A DNA stretch of 63,499 nt, filler included, from Ministeria vibrans ATCC 50519 (lineage: Eukaryota; Protista; Filasterea), in the NCBI GenBank assembly GCA_943704425.1. It is 6 parts of 6 records of this genome, joined end to end, with 100 filler letters (N's around TTAATTAATTAA, not from the genome) between each part and the next. Parts side by side here need not be neighbours in the genome. Positions count along the whole stretch, not along the records: positions 20,450 to 42,813 come from CALSCP010001980.1; 5 more parts are not named here. One strand, written 5' to 3'. Positions 21,213 to 36,200 of the stretch are shown here, piece by piece. The translations under genes were made by a program, and so were the position numbers. Every line of letters begins with the position of its first letter. Position 1 is the first letter of the stretch. Under the pieces are notes generated by a model. It saw only the letters and a program-made list of their open reading frames with translations. It was not told the origin of the DNA and ran no database searches.

Positions 21213-24200
21213 ATGTCAGGTTACGCTGGCGGAGGGTCGGCCGCCTCGTTGACAGCCGACCTGGACGAGAGCTCCTTTCTACGAACAGGAGTAAGCGCTC
21301 TTCTGTCTTCCATTTCCCCTCTCGTCCTCTCGTCCTCTGCCCTCGCCCCCCTTCGCTTGCCCGCTCTCTCTCTCTACCTCCACCTCCACCTTGCCCTCCC
21401 CCCCCACTCCATTCCTACGCCCTTTGCGTCTTCTCCGTCGACTTTACCTCAATTCTCCAAAAAAAAAAAGACTCATGATCGCATTCGGACACTCCCGTCG
21501 TCGTTCACACCTTGCCTCCGTGTGCCCCGTTGGCTTTCGTGTCGCTTTCAGCTCCCCGCACAGGCCCTATTTTTTTTTTGTTTACAAAGCTTTTGTCTTT
21601 TTCGTGTACAACAGGATCTCTTTTCACTCGTCCTCTCCGACGCCGCGGCTCCACCAAGCCAAGCACACTCCGCACCCCATGCATCAACAACTTCCCAGGG
21701 GCCCACGTCGCTTTCGTCGCGCATGAAGAGCCGTAGCGGTGCGTACGGCCACGACAAAGAGCGCAGCGGTTCCTCGTCGTCCCTGCGCGAAGCCAAGTAC
21801 TTCCTGAAAGCGGACGGATTCGCCGACAAGCGCTGCTCCATCACCCAGACTCACACCGAGGTGCGGATTGCTGCGTGCGTGCGGGGTGCACTCTCAGCGA
21901 CGCATTCACTGTCCTCACTCCCTTCTCTTTGCATCGTAGGGCGAAGTCCCTGACAGTTTCTTCGAGTGCATCTTTGAGTTTTATCGCGCCGCCTCCGTCC
22001 GTGCCGTACAGGCCTCGTCCAACCCAGTGTCGGGAAACCCCCGTCGCTCCATTTTGTACGGTCATGCCGTACAGATTCTCCACGCAAGCTCTCGCAAACT
22101 CATTGCCTGTCTCGATTCTAAATGCGACGTGGAGTCGCTGGACCTTCAAGTGGGCCTTGTCGACCCCAACACTGGTAAACAATCGTGTCATTTCTCACCT
22201 TTACTCGTACTGACCCTTTTGTTTTGCAGCCGGTCGCAACACTTGGTTTCGCGTCCAGCCAGGCTCAAAACAACGATCCGAAGGTGAAAAGGTTCGTCTT
22301 GGTGACGACATTTACCTCGTGTCCATGTCAGCAGAACGGTACACAAAAATACAAAGACACAGTCATAATAATAATAATTATAATAATAAAATATAATGAC
22401 GTACAATATCAATATTAATTTTTTTTTGTATGTGTGTAGCTACTTGTTCATGTACTTCTCGAAGAAAACACGTAAAATTCAGGCAGGGCTGTCGTCACAA
22501 CCCATCCACGGACTGCCTCGTCATCTCACATCTGCAGGCGCTCCTTCAGGTCCCCCCAGCGACGTCTTTGATTCAGCATCAGCAGTAGCAACAGCATCGG
22601 CTGCGACACCAACACCCACAGCAACGACTTCGGGTGCCGCTGGTGCGTCGTCGTCGGCTACCGCTGGCACCACCAATTCGGCCACCTCAGAGGAAACCAT
22701 CTGGCTGCCTAAACCGTGCGTCTCGTTCAACAAGACCCTCTGGCGCGTCAGTCCCTTTTGTACAGTGCGCGGTCGACAGGCACAGCTCTTCCTCAAGGGT
22801 GGCGATGTTGTGCGTATGGTCCAGAAACACACAGACGATTATCTCGCTGTCATCGACGACGCCCTTGCCAACCCCTCCCCGTCCACTACCGCCACAAATC
22901 CAACCGGTTCATCTCCAAATCCAGCACAGTCCTCTCCCTCTTCAACCGCTGCCGCTGCAATTGGAGGAGGTGGTGGCGGTGGCTCACCGGCCTTGCCAAG
23001 TTCATTTTCCCGCTCGCAACTGCACGCTTCCTTCTCGGAGACGGGCACCACACAACCTCGCTCCTTCGGCTCGTTGCGCTTTTCTAGCATTGCCCACACT
23101 CACTCTCCCTCAAACATGGTACCTCTCAGTCGTGACTCGACTTCAAGTGACTTCATGTCGCAGCTCAAGAGCCCTCCTCCGGTGGCCGCGTCTCCCGCCC
23201 CCGAATCAGGCCACTTTCAACCACCTCCGCGTCAAGCGTCCGCTCCATCCATTCTTGCCTCTCTTAAAGCGCATCAAACCCATCATCATCAGCAACAACA
23301 ACAACAACAACAACAACAACAGCAGCAGCAGCAGCAGCAGCAACAACAGTACTCACACACACCAACTCGGTTTCATCCGCCACCTCTCTCGCGCCAAAAT
23401 TCGCAATGGTCTGCCTTCGGTAGCTCCTCTCAGTTCGAGACCCTTTCGACACTCGCTCCAGTTGCTCCGTCTGCTACTGTTGTCTCCCACATCACTCCCA
23501 TTGTTGGACGCTCCGTCTGTCTTCAGCAACAGCATCAAGCCGAAGCAAACACCTTTTGGCGCGTCGAACTATCGCACGCACAATGGGGTGGCGCCTTTCT
23601 CAGCTGGAACACTCAGTTTCGCCTGCGCAGTATCACCACTGGCGAGTACCTCGCCTTCATTCCCGGCGACACCGTCGGTCGCGGTCGCTTTGCCGTAGTG
23701 CCCACCAACAAGAGTGATCACACGCTTTTCTCGCTCTATTGTGAGTCCGATCAGATGGACGGTCAGGCTGGCGGCCACTCTGGGGCGCCTCAAGGCTTTG
23801 CAGCGAGTCTCGCTCCCGCCATGGCTCGTCCACACCATCACTTTTCCGAGCGCGACTCCTCCGGCATGGGCGACGCCGCCATTGAGATCAGCGAGTCCAT
23901 CGTCTTCTTGCGCATCAGCGCCTTTGCCGCGTGGGTCCACGCCGAAGAGCCCGACGTAGACCACGCCGACAAAATAGGGGGCGCCGTCGACGACGATAGC
24001 AGCTCGTCGGGCACTCGCACTCCAACTCCCTTTGAGAGTGTCGACGAGCCCCAAGCGCCTTCGTCTATGTCACCCCACGGCGTCGATGACGTTACTTTCA
24101 ACTCTGTTACCGGTGCTGCTGGTAGCAGCAGCAGTTCTGTGAGTGGCGGCGGTGCCGCGGCGGCTACTGCCACCACAGCGTCAAATCGTACAAACGTCTC

Positions 24201-27200
24201 CTTGCCTCCCTTTGGTCCATCGTCAACCACCGCCATGAATCATTCGGCGGCCGAAGCGGCCGTGCTCGACCCAGCAAGCGCTACGGCCGGTGGAGCTGCC
24301 ACGCAAGTGCAGCTACATCATCGCCGGGTACGCATGCTCTTTGCACGACCTCGATCGCACATGGACGACGCCATGGGACTTATTCGCGTGCTTGAGGCAG
24401 ACGTACGCGACGCCACCATGATGAAGACGTGCAACGACTGTCTCGTGTCTTTTTGGGAAAAACTTCAAGTCGAGTCGCTCACCGAAACCAACTTGCGTTC
24501 TCTGCGCTCCTTCCTCAGTCGCATGCTGCCCTACATGGGCGGCGACAAGACCTCGGCCGAGGAACGCGCCTCTATCGTCAGTCGTCGTCAGGCGCTTTTT
24601 CGCCAACAGAATCTCATCGACTGCACCGTGGCCGTCATTCTTCATCCCCTGTCGAGCTCCGACAACCCTTTCAACCTGGTACCCGACAAGGATCTTGACG
24701 AACACTTGCCGCCCCACTCGGGCTCCGGTCGCAAGGGCTACAAACGTGTCTGGGACGACACCTTTCGCATGCTCTACAAACTGTTGGCACTCGTCATGCG
24801 CCAGAACCGCGTCAACTCAAGCTACCTTGCCATCTCGGGTCACCTCAATGAGCTCCTCTCGAAACTTGGCGACAACTCAGGCGTTCTCGAACTCCTCCAG
24901 GAAGTCGTGGTTCATCGCGAGGTTAGCCAGCGCATCCATGGCGAACATGTGCGCTCTCTCATCGACTTGCTCGACAAGAACGGCCGCGACTGGCGCATCC
25001 TGAACATCCTCTCGACCCTGTGCGAGTGCGATGGTCGTGCCGTGCGGCACACCCAGAGCCTTGTTTGCAACGAGCTGCTCAATCGCGAACGCTTCACCAA
25101 TTTGCTCTTTACCACTCGTGTCGTACCCTACATCGAGACCATGCGTTCGAGTCTCTCCGTCGGCGCTCACACCTCGTACGGTGGTAGCCGCACCAAGTGG
25201 TGGTTTGCCTGTCGCATTATCGAGTCCCTCGGCGAGTTTCCTCCGCCGCGCATCGGCTGGATGGGTCAGCGCTACTCGTCTCAACCGGCGGCCGGTCGTG
25301 GTCTTGGCGACGATCCCCACTCCATTGGCTTTGACGGCCAGTTTGTCTGGTTTGCTGGCATCCCTTACAGCTGCTTTCCCGAAGAAAGCCCGCCTTTGAG
25401 CAGCAGCAACGCCGCCGCCGAACCATCCGCGTCACACTCCACCTCGACCGACTCGCCTCTGGATAGCAACCGCGTCGACTTTTCCGAAGTCGAAGTCGAA
25501 GAAGACGGTTGGGTGCCGCGTGCTCTCACCGTCGACGACGTTGTCCTCTGCTTTGTAGATTTCCTCGAGGACACCTTTGTCTTCAGTTGCAACGGTCGCT
25601 ACTGCTCACGTGTCATCAAGGGTGCCCAGACCCTCACTCCCGTTTTCCCAGGTGCCTCACTTCCTCACGCTGCTCAGTGCCTCTTCAATTTTGGCAGCCC
25701 AGGCCAGCTTTGCGAAGGCTACCATCCCATGGCCGATGCTAACGACAGTGTTGGCGAGATGCCGCCACTCACCATGGAACTCAGCAAGAACGCGGGCCAA
25801 GAAATTGTCCCTCCCAACGGCGAAGCAAACTACCGCTTCAGACTCAACGGACCCCGTAGCGTCGCTCTCTCTGCCGGCTACGTTCCCAAACCCGTCGACA
25901 CAAGTCAGGTCAGTATTGAAAATAATAATAATAACAATAATTATAGCAACAACAATAACATAACAACAACAACAACAACAACAACAATTGTGATAATATT
26001 AAATTAATATAATAATAAAAATATTTCATCAGCTTGCTCAACAACACTCACACTCCTCTACGAATTTGATAGGTTCAAATCAATCCGTTGATCGAGTCAC
26101 TGCGCGAATTCATTGCGGAGAATATCCACGAGGTGTGGTCACTGAACAAGATCAATGCGGGCTTCACGTGGGGACCAAAGCGCGACGATGTCAACAAGAA
26201 GTCGGTCTGTCTCATTCCTTATGATGAACTGCCCGACAGCGAAAAGGCCTACGATCGTGACATGGCGTTTGAGATTCTCAAAGTCATCTCGGCCATGGGC
26301 TTTCGCATTGACGCGTCGCGCATTGTGCCCGACGACCAATTGCCACGCATTAATGACGCGCCCATGCTTGAGAATGGCTACCAACCGCGACCCATTGACT
26401 CGCGTAGCGTTCGTCTCACACCCACGCTGCTCAGCCTCACCGAACGACTCGCTGAGAATGCCCATGACAAATGGGCCGAGGGTCGTCTCAGTCAAAACTG
26501 GTCCTTTGGTTTCTCGGCCAACAGCGAGCAACGTCAAAATCCCAATCTGGTTGCCTACAAGCACCTCTCACCCGAGTCAAAGCACGCGAACCGCGCCACC
26601 GTGCTCGAGACTATGCAATCGCTTGTGCTCAAGGGCTTTTCCATCCTCCCGCCCGAGAACACCAACGAGCGTGCGGCAACTGTGCTCTCGCACGCTGCTA
26701 TTCGCTCCAAATCTTCTGAAATGCGCACCTTTTGCATGTCGTCTAGCTGTGGCGTCACACAGGGCCGCTGGTATTACGAGGTGTTACTGCTTACGGACGG
26801 CAACATGCGCTGCGGCTGGTCCGTTTACCACGACTCACCGCCCCACAACATGGTGGTCGGTGACCACGCTAGCTCGTTTGCCTTTGATGGCTACCACGCG
26901 CTCAAGTGGGGCGATGACTCGTCAAGTGCGTTTGGTGTCGAGTGGAAAAAGGGTCAGGTCGTCGGCTGTCTGCTTGATTTGGAGTCACGACGCATTCAGT
27001 ACACGCTTGACGGTCACCTCTTGCGATCGGCGCACGAGTCGGCGCACGCCGGCGAGGCCACGACCACCGACATTGCCTTTACTGGCTTCCGCATCCCACC
27101 CAATGGATTTGTTCCCATGATCTCGCTGGGTGCTGAGCAGTGCGTTGAGGTGGTCTTTTCGCGTGAGGACATGCGCGCAATGGACGGTTTTGTCATTCAA

Positions 27201-30200
27201 GAGGGCTACGAGACATTTGTCGAGCGCTCCGTTGGCGACGTTGCCATGCTCTACGCGGCACCCATGCCCAAGTTTGTCAATGTTATGCGCGACGACGGCG
27301 AGACTCTCGCTGGTCCACGCCTCCAGACAGTTGACTACTGCGATGACCGCGCCTGTCCTCTTACCGTGTCCGTCGATCAGGGCAAGGACTACGCGTCCTT
27401 TGTGGTGAGCGATACCACACAGGAGTTCTTTACGCGCAGCGGTTCCTCGGCCATGTCCATCATGCGCACCAACATGGGGCTGTCGTGGCGCGAGACGGGC
27501 CGTGTTTACTTTGAGATTGAACTGCTGCCGGGTCAGGATGAGACAATGACGAAGTGTGGCGTGGTGACGTCGTCCTTTATGGACGTCAACGTCGAGCCGG
27601 ATATGCTTCACTGCTCCGTCATCTCGTGCGGCTCAATCACAGCCAATCGTCGTCGCAAACGTGCCGTCGGCAGCAGCATGACCATTGGCTGCATTGTCGA
27701 CTTTGGTGCGGGTCACTGTCGCTTCACCTCAAACGGCGAACTTCTCGAGGACGAGCGCTTTATTGTGCCTCTTCATCGCTCCACACGCATCCTTCCCGTC
27801 GTCGCTTTTGAGCCAACACAACAGCAGTGCTTGCGCTTCAACTTGTGGTCACCCAATGCGCTCGTTCACAACGCCCTCCCACTTCTTCAAGCGCTCTACC
27901 CAACGTTGCCCCGTCAGTGGTTTGTCGAGCACGGCGTCCCGCATCGTCTGCAACTTCAGTTGCTCACGCCCACCCTTCTCAAACATGTACACGCACCTGG
28001 CGCCGTCAGTGTGCGCGTACTTACCCCCGCCGAGTTGCTTGCCTTCAATGCTGACGATGACGACGACGATGACGATGATGAGGACAACTCCGACATTGAT
28101 GCTGAGCTCTTGATTCGCCGTGCGTCCAGCGATAACGGAGAAGACGCATCAAGTTTGCGCTCGCAAAGCACAGGACCCGCGGCGGCCATGACAGGCGCGT
28201 CCAAGGGTACTGCTGGCAAACTGAGCGACAATGAGGATGAGGATGGTGATGATGATGATGGTGGTGGCAGTGACAGTGGACGTCGCGGGAGCAAGGAGGA
28301 CATTCTCATTGGCAAGGAGGTGCTTGTCATGTGTACGTCGGACTACGAGACGCAGGCGGCTGGCTGGGGCGGAAGCAAGTCGGTCCTGGTGATGACGGGC
28401 GAGAACCAGTACTCGACGGACATTGTGTCTTTCTTTGGCGAAGACACGGGCAACTCGCTGAACAGTAACGTGCTCTTTTTGCGCGAAACCCTTCAACTCT
28501 TTTCGCGTCTCTGCTCGGGCAACAACAACGCTGCTCGTCGCTGCATCTCCAACATTGTTGACGAAGAGCAACTGTGCTTTTGCATCAAGATGGACGGCCT
28601 CCCTATGCAACTGCGCACCTCCTTTGTGCAGCTTCTCATTGCACTCCACGTCGACTCAGACCCTATGTCGGTCTCCATGCGTGATCGCTACATCATCGGT
28701 CCCACCACGACGCCTGACGAGTGGCTCGAGCGTCGCTTCAGTGACCACGCATGGGATCGTTCCTTTGTCGACGGCCGTACTTTGTCCACCAAGAACCCCT
28801 TTGGGCGTCACTCACCTACACTGGGCCAACGACGTCCCTCGAAGCGCCTTGCCAACTCGCGTTTGTATGTTGGTCGCTCTGCATTCGACCAGAGCCGAGC
28901 TCAGTTTGTCAGTCGTGCTCGCATTGTGCTCTTCCCGTCCCTCAAAGAGTACATTTTGCAGTCGCTCACGAGTCGCCTACGACGTGCCCGTCGTGACCTC
29001 GAAGTCGTGCTGCACGAAGAGGAATTTGTTGTGTCGCTCATTCAGCTGACTGACCGTCTTTTTATCAAGGGCCACCTCGACGACGTCTACGTGCGACGGG
29101 TGCTCGAGGTCATTGACCCGGCCGTCTTCAACTCCTCTGCGTACGTCCAGAGTTCTGTCTCACGCGTGAGCTCTGCCGCATCCATGTCGACTCCCGTTCG
29201 CTCATTCAGCAACACCTCGGGCGCAGGCATGCCGCCACTCAGCTCGTCGGCTTTCTCAGCGTCAGGCTCACCCCCAGCGCCATCGTCGTCCCCTTCGCCG
29301 CCTTTGTCCCCCTCTTCTTCTTCTGCTGCTGCTACTGCTTCGTCTTCTGCTTCCACCAATACTGCTGCTGCTGGTGGTGGTGGTGGCGCTTCTTCTACTG
29401 TGCCATCATTTTCGTCCTCGCCCGGCGCTTATGCGAGCGTACCGTTTGAGACGGTGGGGCTTGCCCAGCTAGACCTGGGCGAGGACCTCAAGTTGCAGCT
29501 GTGCAACTTTTTTGGGCACCTCTGTGATCATTTGCGCTGGCGTCGTCTGCTCAACACGCTGCACAAACTTGACTCGTTCCGTCACAAGCAGCTTGTCGAC
29601 TCGGCCGGTGCCACGTCGGGTTGCTCCACTTCCTCTGTGGCCTCGCCGTACTCCAAAGTCGAGTCGAGCTTCAACATTCCATGGGCATCCTCGAGTCGTC
29701 CGTCCGTTCCATCGTCGTCATTGAACCCGAGCCGCATGTCATCCTCGTCGACTGCGACACCGAGTGGTGTCTGGCGACCCCAACGCCCCACCGTCAACCA
29801 GAAGGACCAGATCCAGCGAGCAGTGCGGGACATGGACGATCCTGACTTCATGAGTCTGCACGCAACCATTCTTGCTTCGTGTATCCGCAGCGCGCTCGCC
29901 GACGACAGCACCAACGCCAGCGGCTTGGTCAACACTCGTCCCACCACAGCACCCCACAGTCACAGTCGTGCTGGTGTGTCGTCGCCTGGCGGTCGTCACA
30001 GCCCCACTCCAAGCAAGCTGGCCATTCACAACGCGAACATGCACACTACAGCGATGCCGAGCACCGCTCACTCTGAGGCCGGAGTCTTTGCAACTGCCGC
30101 AACCAGTGCCTCTGGTGCTGTCAGTAGCGATGGTCACGCTCGCGTGTCGTCTAGTCATGCCGGTGATGCGGTTGCTCCCAGCCAGATGGGTCGCTCGTCG

Positions 30201-33200
30201 ACGACGCTGAGCATGCGCGAACGATTGCGCAATCTCATGTGGGGCAGTGGCACGCGCTCTGCATCGTCAACCGAGTCGCTTGCGGCGGCAGGCACGAACG
30301 CCACCGACGCAAGTGGACATGGCGGTACCACTCGTGTTCAACAAGGTTCCTGGTTCGACGCCAACTCACCACGCATCCACAGCTTTGTGCGTCGCCTCAT
30401 GCTGCGCTGGACCGACGAGGAAATTGCCGATGCGCAATTGATCAACTCGTGTCACCGTCTTCTCTATCGCCAGTACCACCAGGTGGAGGAGCTCATGACG
30501 GCACTGCAGGGCGTGTACTTTGTTGAGGACGTGGGCGACGTTGAGGCTGTCTACGCCATGGTTGAGGAGCTGCGCGAGCTCAACAATGTGCGTCTCGACG
30601 ATGCAGGCTGCACGCGCTGTCTTCATCTGCTGAGCGAACTCAAGGTCAAGTCGTACGACAATTTGCTTGGTTGCAACAGCAGCAAGCAAGGAATGCTTGC
30701 GGCGCTTGGCGCTCACGATGTGGTGGTTTCGTGCATGCGCAACCTACTCTCGTCGGATCATCTCACGACAAGTGGCTCGCGCGAGCACGAAATGCAGTTT
30801 GTCTCGCAGCTTGTGGTCATGCGCGACTCGCCTTTGATCAAGTCAGACATGCGGTTTGTGCACTGGCGCAAGGCCGTGAGCAACGTCTCCAAGCAATTTG
30901 GCCTACCGGTTGAAATACTCTTTGAGGACCGTGACAACAACGAAGAGACAACGTCGTTTCGGCGCTCCGTCGCTCAGGTCATTGCCGGCACGACACATCA
31001 AGGTGGTGACAAGTCGCAGGTAGCAACCTCGACGATGGCAGCAGCGGCAGTCGCTGCGGCGACCAGTAGCAGTGCGAGTGCCTCCCCGACAACAACAACA
31101 ACAACATCATCCTCATCCGGCGAGAAGCTTCCGCCCTTTCTTAGCAAGCGCACCGGTACCGTCGACAGTGGCATGTTTGCGTCGCGCGACAAGGAACCGT
31201 CGCCGGCGCCGTACGCTCCCGAGACTGGCTCGCTCATGTCGCTGCGCAAGATGCGCTCACAGCCGCATCTGTTGCGTCGCACTTCGGTAGTGTTTGCAAC
31301 ACGTGCCGAGTCAGTGCATCGCGTGTGCGTCGAGGCATACCGTCTTGCCGGCTGTACCACCAGTCAGCAGCAGGCGGCCATGCTGAGCAAGTCATCGGAG
31401 TGCCTCACACACCTCATGCAACGTTTGGCGCCCGTCCCCAACGCTCCCAACGCCTACCTCTTTGGCGGCAGCGAAGCACACCGTGTCATGCAAATGTGTT
31501 GCGAGTTTCTCGCACAATTTTGCCGACGCAACCCGGACAACCAGCGCGCTGTCTTTCGCTACTTAGGCTTCCTCTCGCAGCACATTGGCGTCGGCATCAA
31601 CGTTATGTCGGCACTTATGGAGATCATTCGCAACAACACCGACTTGTGCAAGCTGCTGGGCGAGCCTCAAATTGACCAATTCATCTCGCGTATGCACCTG
31701 AGTGTCCTCAATGGTGTTTACGAGATTGGCTACCTCGACTTTTTGCGCCACTGCGTCGTCGTCGACGGCCTCACGCTCGACTCCAACGCCGCCATCCTGC
31801 TCAAGGTCCTTGTCAAGAAGCCTGAGTGTCTTGTTCTCTTTAGTGGACAGGCAGTTGAGCGTGACAACGAGATTCGTCGTCAGCTCACGGCAGACGATGT
31901 GACAAGTCGACGTCAGCTAACGGGGCGCGCCGGCTATCACGTCGCTCTCGTAGGTCTGTTGGCGCGCTGTGCACCCACGCGTGCCAACACCAACGGCGAT
32001 GCGACGGACGGATCGCCGCAGAATGCGACCGACAATGGCAGCGGTGGTGGTAGTGGTAGTGGTGGTGGCGGTGGCAATGGCAATGGCGGCGGTGTGGGGA
32101 GTGGAGGCGCTGGTGGTCGTAGTGGTGGCGTTGGCGATGAAAGATATTTGCGGGACGACGCTGGCTTGGAGGCAGACGCACGCGAAGACGCCGATGAGGG
32201 CATGCCGAGGGCGTCGCGCAACGGTGGTGTGGGTGGAGGACTCGATGGTGGTGATGACCGCGGTGTTAGAGCTCGTGGTGGCAGTGGCCTGAGTGGTTTT
32301 GGGCGTGGTCGCAAGCGCACGCCAGCTGGCTCGGCATCGGATAAGGGTCGTGGAGGCGCTGAAGATGATCTAGCGTCCGAGGCGACGGCAACTGGTGCCG
32401 CTGTGGACATTTTGTCAACACCCATGGCGTCGGCCGACTCGTACGGCACCGACACTGAGTCGGCACGCTACATTTTGCGCTCGCTCATCAGTCTGGCCGA
32501 TGTCAAGGCAGTTCTTTGTGGTGTCAAGGACAAGACAGGTACGACACTGCGACTGCCGGGCTTTGTGCGTCAGCCCTTTTTCCTTTACCTTCGCCAAGTG
32601 TATGGCGTTCACAGCCGTTCGTTGTTTTTGCGCCTGCTCAAAGACTCTATCTTTGACGACATGCGCTGCGTGGCGACGGCGGGTGATCTGCGCGAGGGTG
32701 ACGACAATGCAAGCTACGTCTTTGAGGACCTGCTCCCCTTCATTTCGTCGTCGGCGCACTTTTTGCGAAACGCTGAACAAGAGTCAACTACCATTGACAG
32801 TCTACTGCACTTGTGCTACGAGCTGGCCAAGGGCAAGACGGACAAGCAGACGCTCGCCGTCACGGAGTGCCTCATTGCGCTGACCAAGGTGGTGCGTCCA
32901 AGCATGTTTGTGCGTCTGTTGCGCAAGTTCTCAAGTGACCTACGCACCCCCAAGACGGTCACACGGCTCATTCTCAAGGTGTGCTTCTCGTACTACGAGC
33001 GGCACTCGTCGTACTTTGGACACGTGGGTGATCGCCAGTACGGCTTTGCCAATGCCGAAGAAAAGGTTGTGGCGCAGTCACTATTCCATCGCTGCTACGT
33101 CCTCGTGCAGTCCATCTACTTGCCACAGGGCCGCAGCGACTTTTGTGATTTCCGTCAGGATGCCGTCATGGCACTCACGGCCATTGCATGTGCCCTCTCG

Positions 33201-36200
33201 CCCGACTGTGGCTGCAGCGATGAACTGATCAACGCCTCTAGCATTGGTCTCGACTGGCTCCCGGGGGTGCGCGCCAGCGACACCAGGTCCGACTCGGCGT
33301 CATCGGCGTCGGGCTCCGCCTCGTCTCTGAACGTGGACGTGGCGTCCAATTTAGCTTCGACCGTCACGTCCACGTCCACGTCCGCTCGTGACTCTGCTGC
33401 TGCTGCAAGTGAAAGCGGTGGTGACGATGAGGTGGGCTCGTCGGGACAGCAAGGCTCGTCGTCGCAGCTGGGCTCGTCGGAAGAGCCAACGGCCGAGGTG
33501 GCGGCTGCCGCTGCAAACAAGTATGTGCCTTCACCGGTGGACACGAGCGACGTGGAACTGACCAGCGAGCAGATGATTGTGGTGAACTTGATTGCCGAGC
33601 ACTTGCACGACACGTGGGCGAAGAAACGGCTGAGCGAAGGCAAGCGCTATGCGCCGCGCTCGTCCGACACCACGCACAACCTACTGATACCCTTTGGCTG
33701 TTTGCCCGAGGCGGCGAAGCACGAGAATGTGTCGACGGCCGAGGAGGCAATCAAGATGGTGAAGAAGCTTGGCTATGTGCTGGTGAAAACGAAGGAGTCG
33801 GCAAAGTCGACTACCATGCTGCGTCGCATGGGCAGCGCCTTTGAGTTTGCAGAGTCCAAGGAACTCGATGAGAAGGCTCTCTTCAAGTTTGCGGCTGCGT
33901 ACCAGCCGGATCCAGTCGACCTCGACAAGATGCCGCTGAAGCGTGACATTGCGGCTATGGCTGAGCGCATTGCGGAAAACGCTCACGAAGTGTGGTCGGC
34001 GAACAAGGTTAAGGCGGGCTACACGTACGGGCCGGTGCGCTGCGACGTTAACCCCAAAAAACACCCGCAACTGCTTCCGTACGATCTGTTGTCGGATGGC
34101 GAGAAGTCGTACGATCGCAAGCTGAGCCAAGACACGCTCAAGCTGATTGCTCTTCAGGGCTACAGCATTCACGCCGACGAGAGCGGACTGCAAGGGTCCG
34201 ATTTGCGCAACTCGTCGCGTCGTTTTGCCTGCGTCATGTTCAACATGATCACCGATTCTATCAACATGACCTTTCAGACACGTAACGCCACTACCTTGAT
34301 GCACGACGCTGCCATGACCAGCGATCAGATCCCGACGCGACGTGCCACTATCTTGACAAGTACCACATCGCGCAGTTCGAATCCGATGCGCCAGACGAAA
34401 ATGCACGACACGACCGACAGCGGCACGCCTGAGTCTATGGCGTCGTCCACGCTGCGACTGCGCGCCGACTTTGTCCTGGACGTTGTTGTTGCCATGCTGC
34501 TCAAGTACTTTGTGACACATCGCAATTACTTTGCAGGACTGACACTCAAGTTTGTGTCGAGTCAGGAGCGCGCCGCCGCCGAGCGAGTCTTTGACATGCT
34601 TCTTTTGTGCATGAACGAGAACATGTGCACCATCCAGTCGCCCTCAACTGACCTGCTCACGACAATAGCTGTCGACTCGGTGCACCCGGTACGTCGCGGC
34701 AGCGCGCCCGTACTTCCCGTCAAGGTGCCCGTCTCCTCTTCCTCCTCCTCTCAAGCAGAACGACTGCTCCCGTCACCCGTCGTCACTCCTAGCGCGGACA
34801 CGACGATGACTGAGTCTGCATTTTCAGACGCCACAACGGCAGGTACTTCTGCGACATCAGCAACGGCAATGGCCCCTCCGGCTTACGAAGAGGTTGCGAC
34901 AGGGGTGTCTTCGGTGGGAGATCGTGCGCGCCGCTCGTGGGCGCGCAAGCAAGAGACCATGTCGTCGATTGCCTCGCATCTCAAGGCTGCTCCCATACGT
35001 CGTGCTGCGTCTCAGGCGGCACGTTGGAACGAGGTTCGTGCCCTCAAGACGTGCCGCGACTGTCTCTTTGCCATTGCAGGCGCCCTTGATCGCGACGCCG
35101 TGGCCAAGCACCTGGCGGACTTCACCTTCCTTGTCGCTCGCATGGTTGACGTGCTGCGCACCTCACAAAAGTCTCAAGCGACCACTCTTCTCTCTGCGTC
35201 ACCCTCGATGGAGAATCCCACTGCACGCTACGTCTTCTTTGTTGTCATGCCTGTGCTCTCGTCGTTTTGCCAGCGCTGGCAGACGCAACTGCGATCGGTC
35301 GAAGTAAGCACTGCCGAGAGCCAGCAACATGCGAATACAGGCACAACAGCGAGTGGTACTGACAGCACAGCTACCGCAGCGACAGCAGTGCCGACATCCC
35401 CACTTTCCACGTCGGACACTTCTTCACGCTGTGAGTCTCCCTCGCTGGTTGCCGCCGACCTATCAGCGATTGTGACCAAGCTGTGCACACTCTTTGAGCA
35501 CATTGGACGCGCCGCCGATCTCATTATTGAGTCGTCGGTGACCACACAGACCCGCAGCTACCACCGACGTGCTGTGGGCCTGTGTCTTGGGTCGCTTGCC
35601 GAAGCGCTGCCACTTCGCATGCTTGTGCCGCTGGTAGACAACTTCATGGACACGGGTGAGATTGTGAGCAACTTGCGTCTTCTCGCCGTGGAGGAGAACA
35701 ACCTGATGGCACGTGCCGCCATGGAAGTGAAATTGGCGCCGGTCTGCGCTTTTTTGGCGCGTCGCGCTGCACTCCATCTGAATGGCACGGAGACAGAGGC
35801 GCGGCGAGGTAGCTCGACGACGATGATTGTGTCGTCGACCGCAAGCGAGCCACCCAGGACGCCCAAGGCGCGTCCCAAGTGGTCGCACACGAGTGCGCGT
35901 CTTCAAAATCTCATTCAGCCACGCACCGGCACTGACAATGACCCCAAGCTGCGTCGCTTTAGTGTGTTTGATGCAGGACGTGCGGACGGCTCGGCGGTGG
36001 AGGACGAGGAGGACGAGGAGTGGATGCCAGCAGAGGCGACCGAGAAGCTTCGTGGACTGCTGCACACGACACTTGAGTGTCTCTTTCACTTGCAGTGTGA
36101 TGAGGCAGTTCAGCGCAGCGAGTTTCAGTTGCAGTTCTACAGCAACTGTGCTTGTCGCGTGGTACCCAGTGCCAGTCATGAATATGTGATGGAACAGATT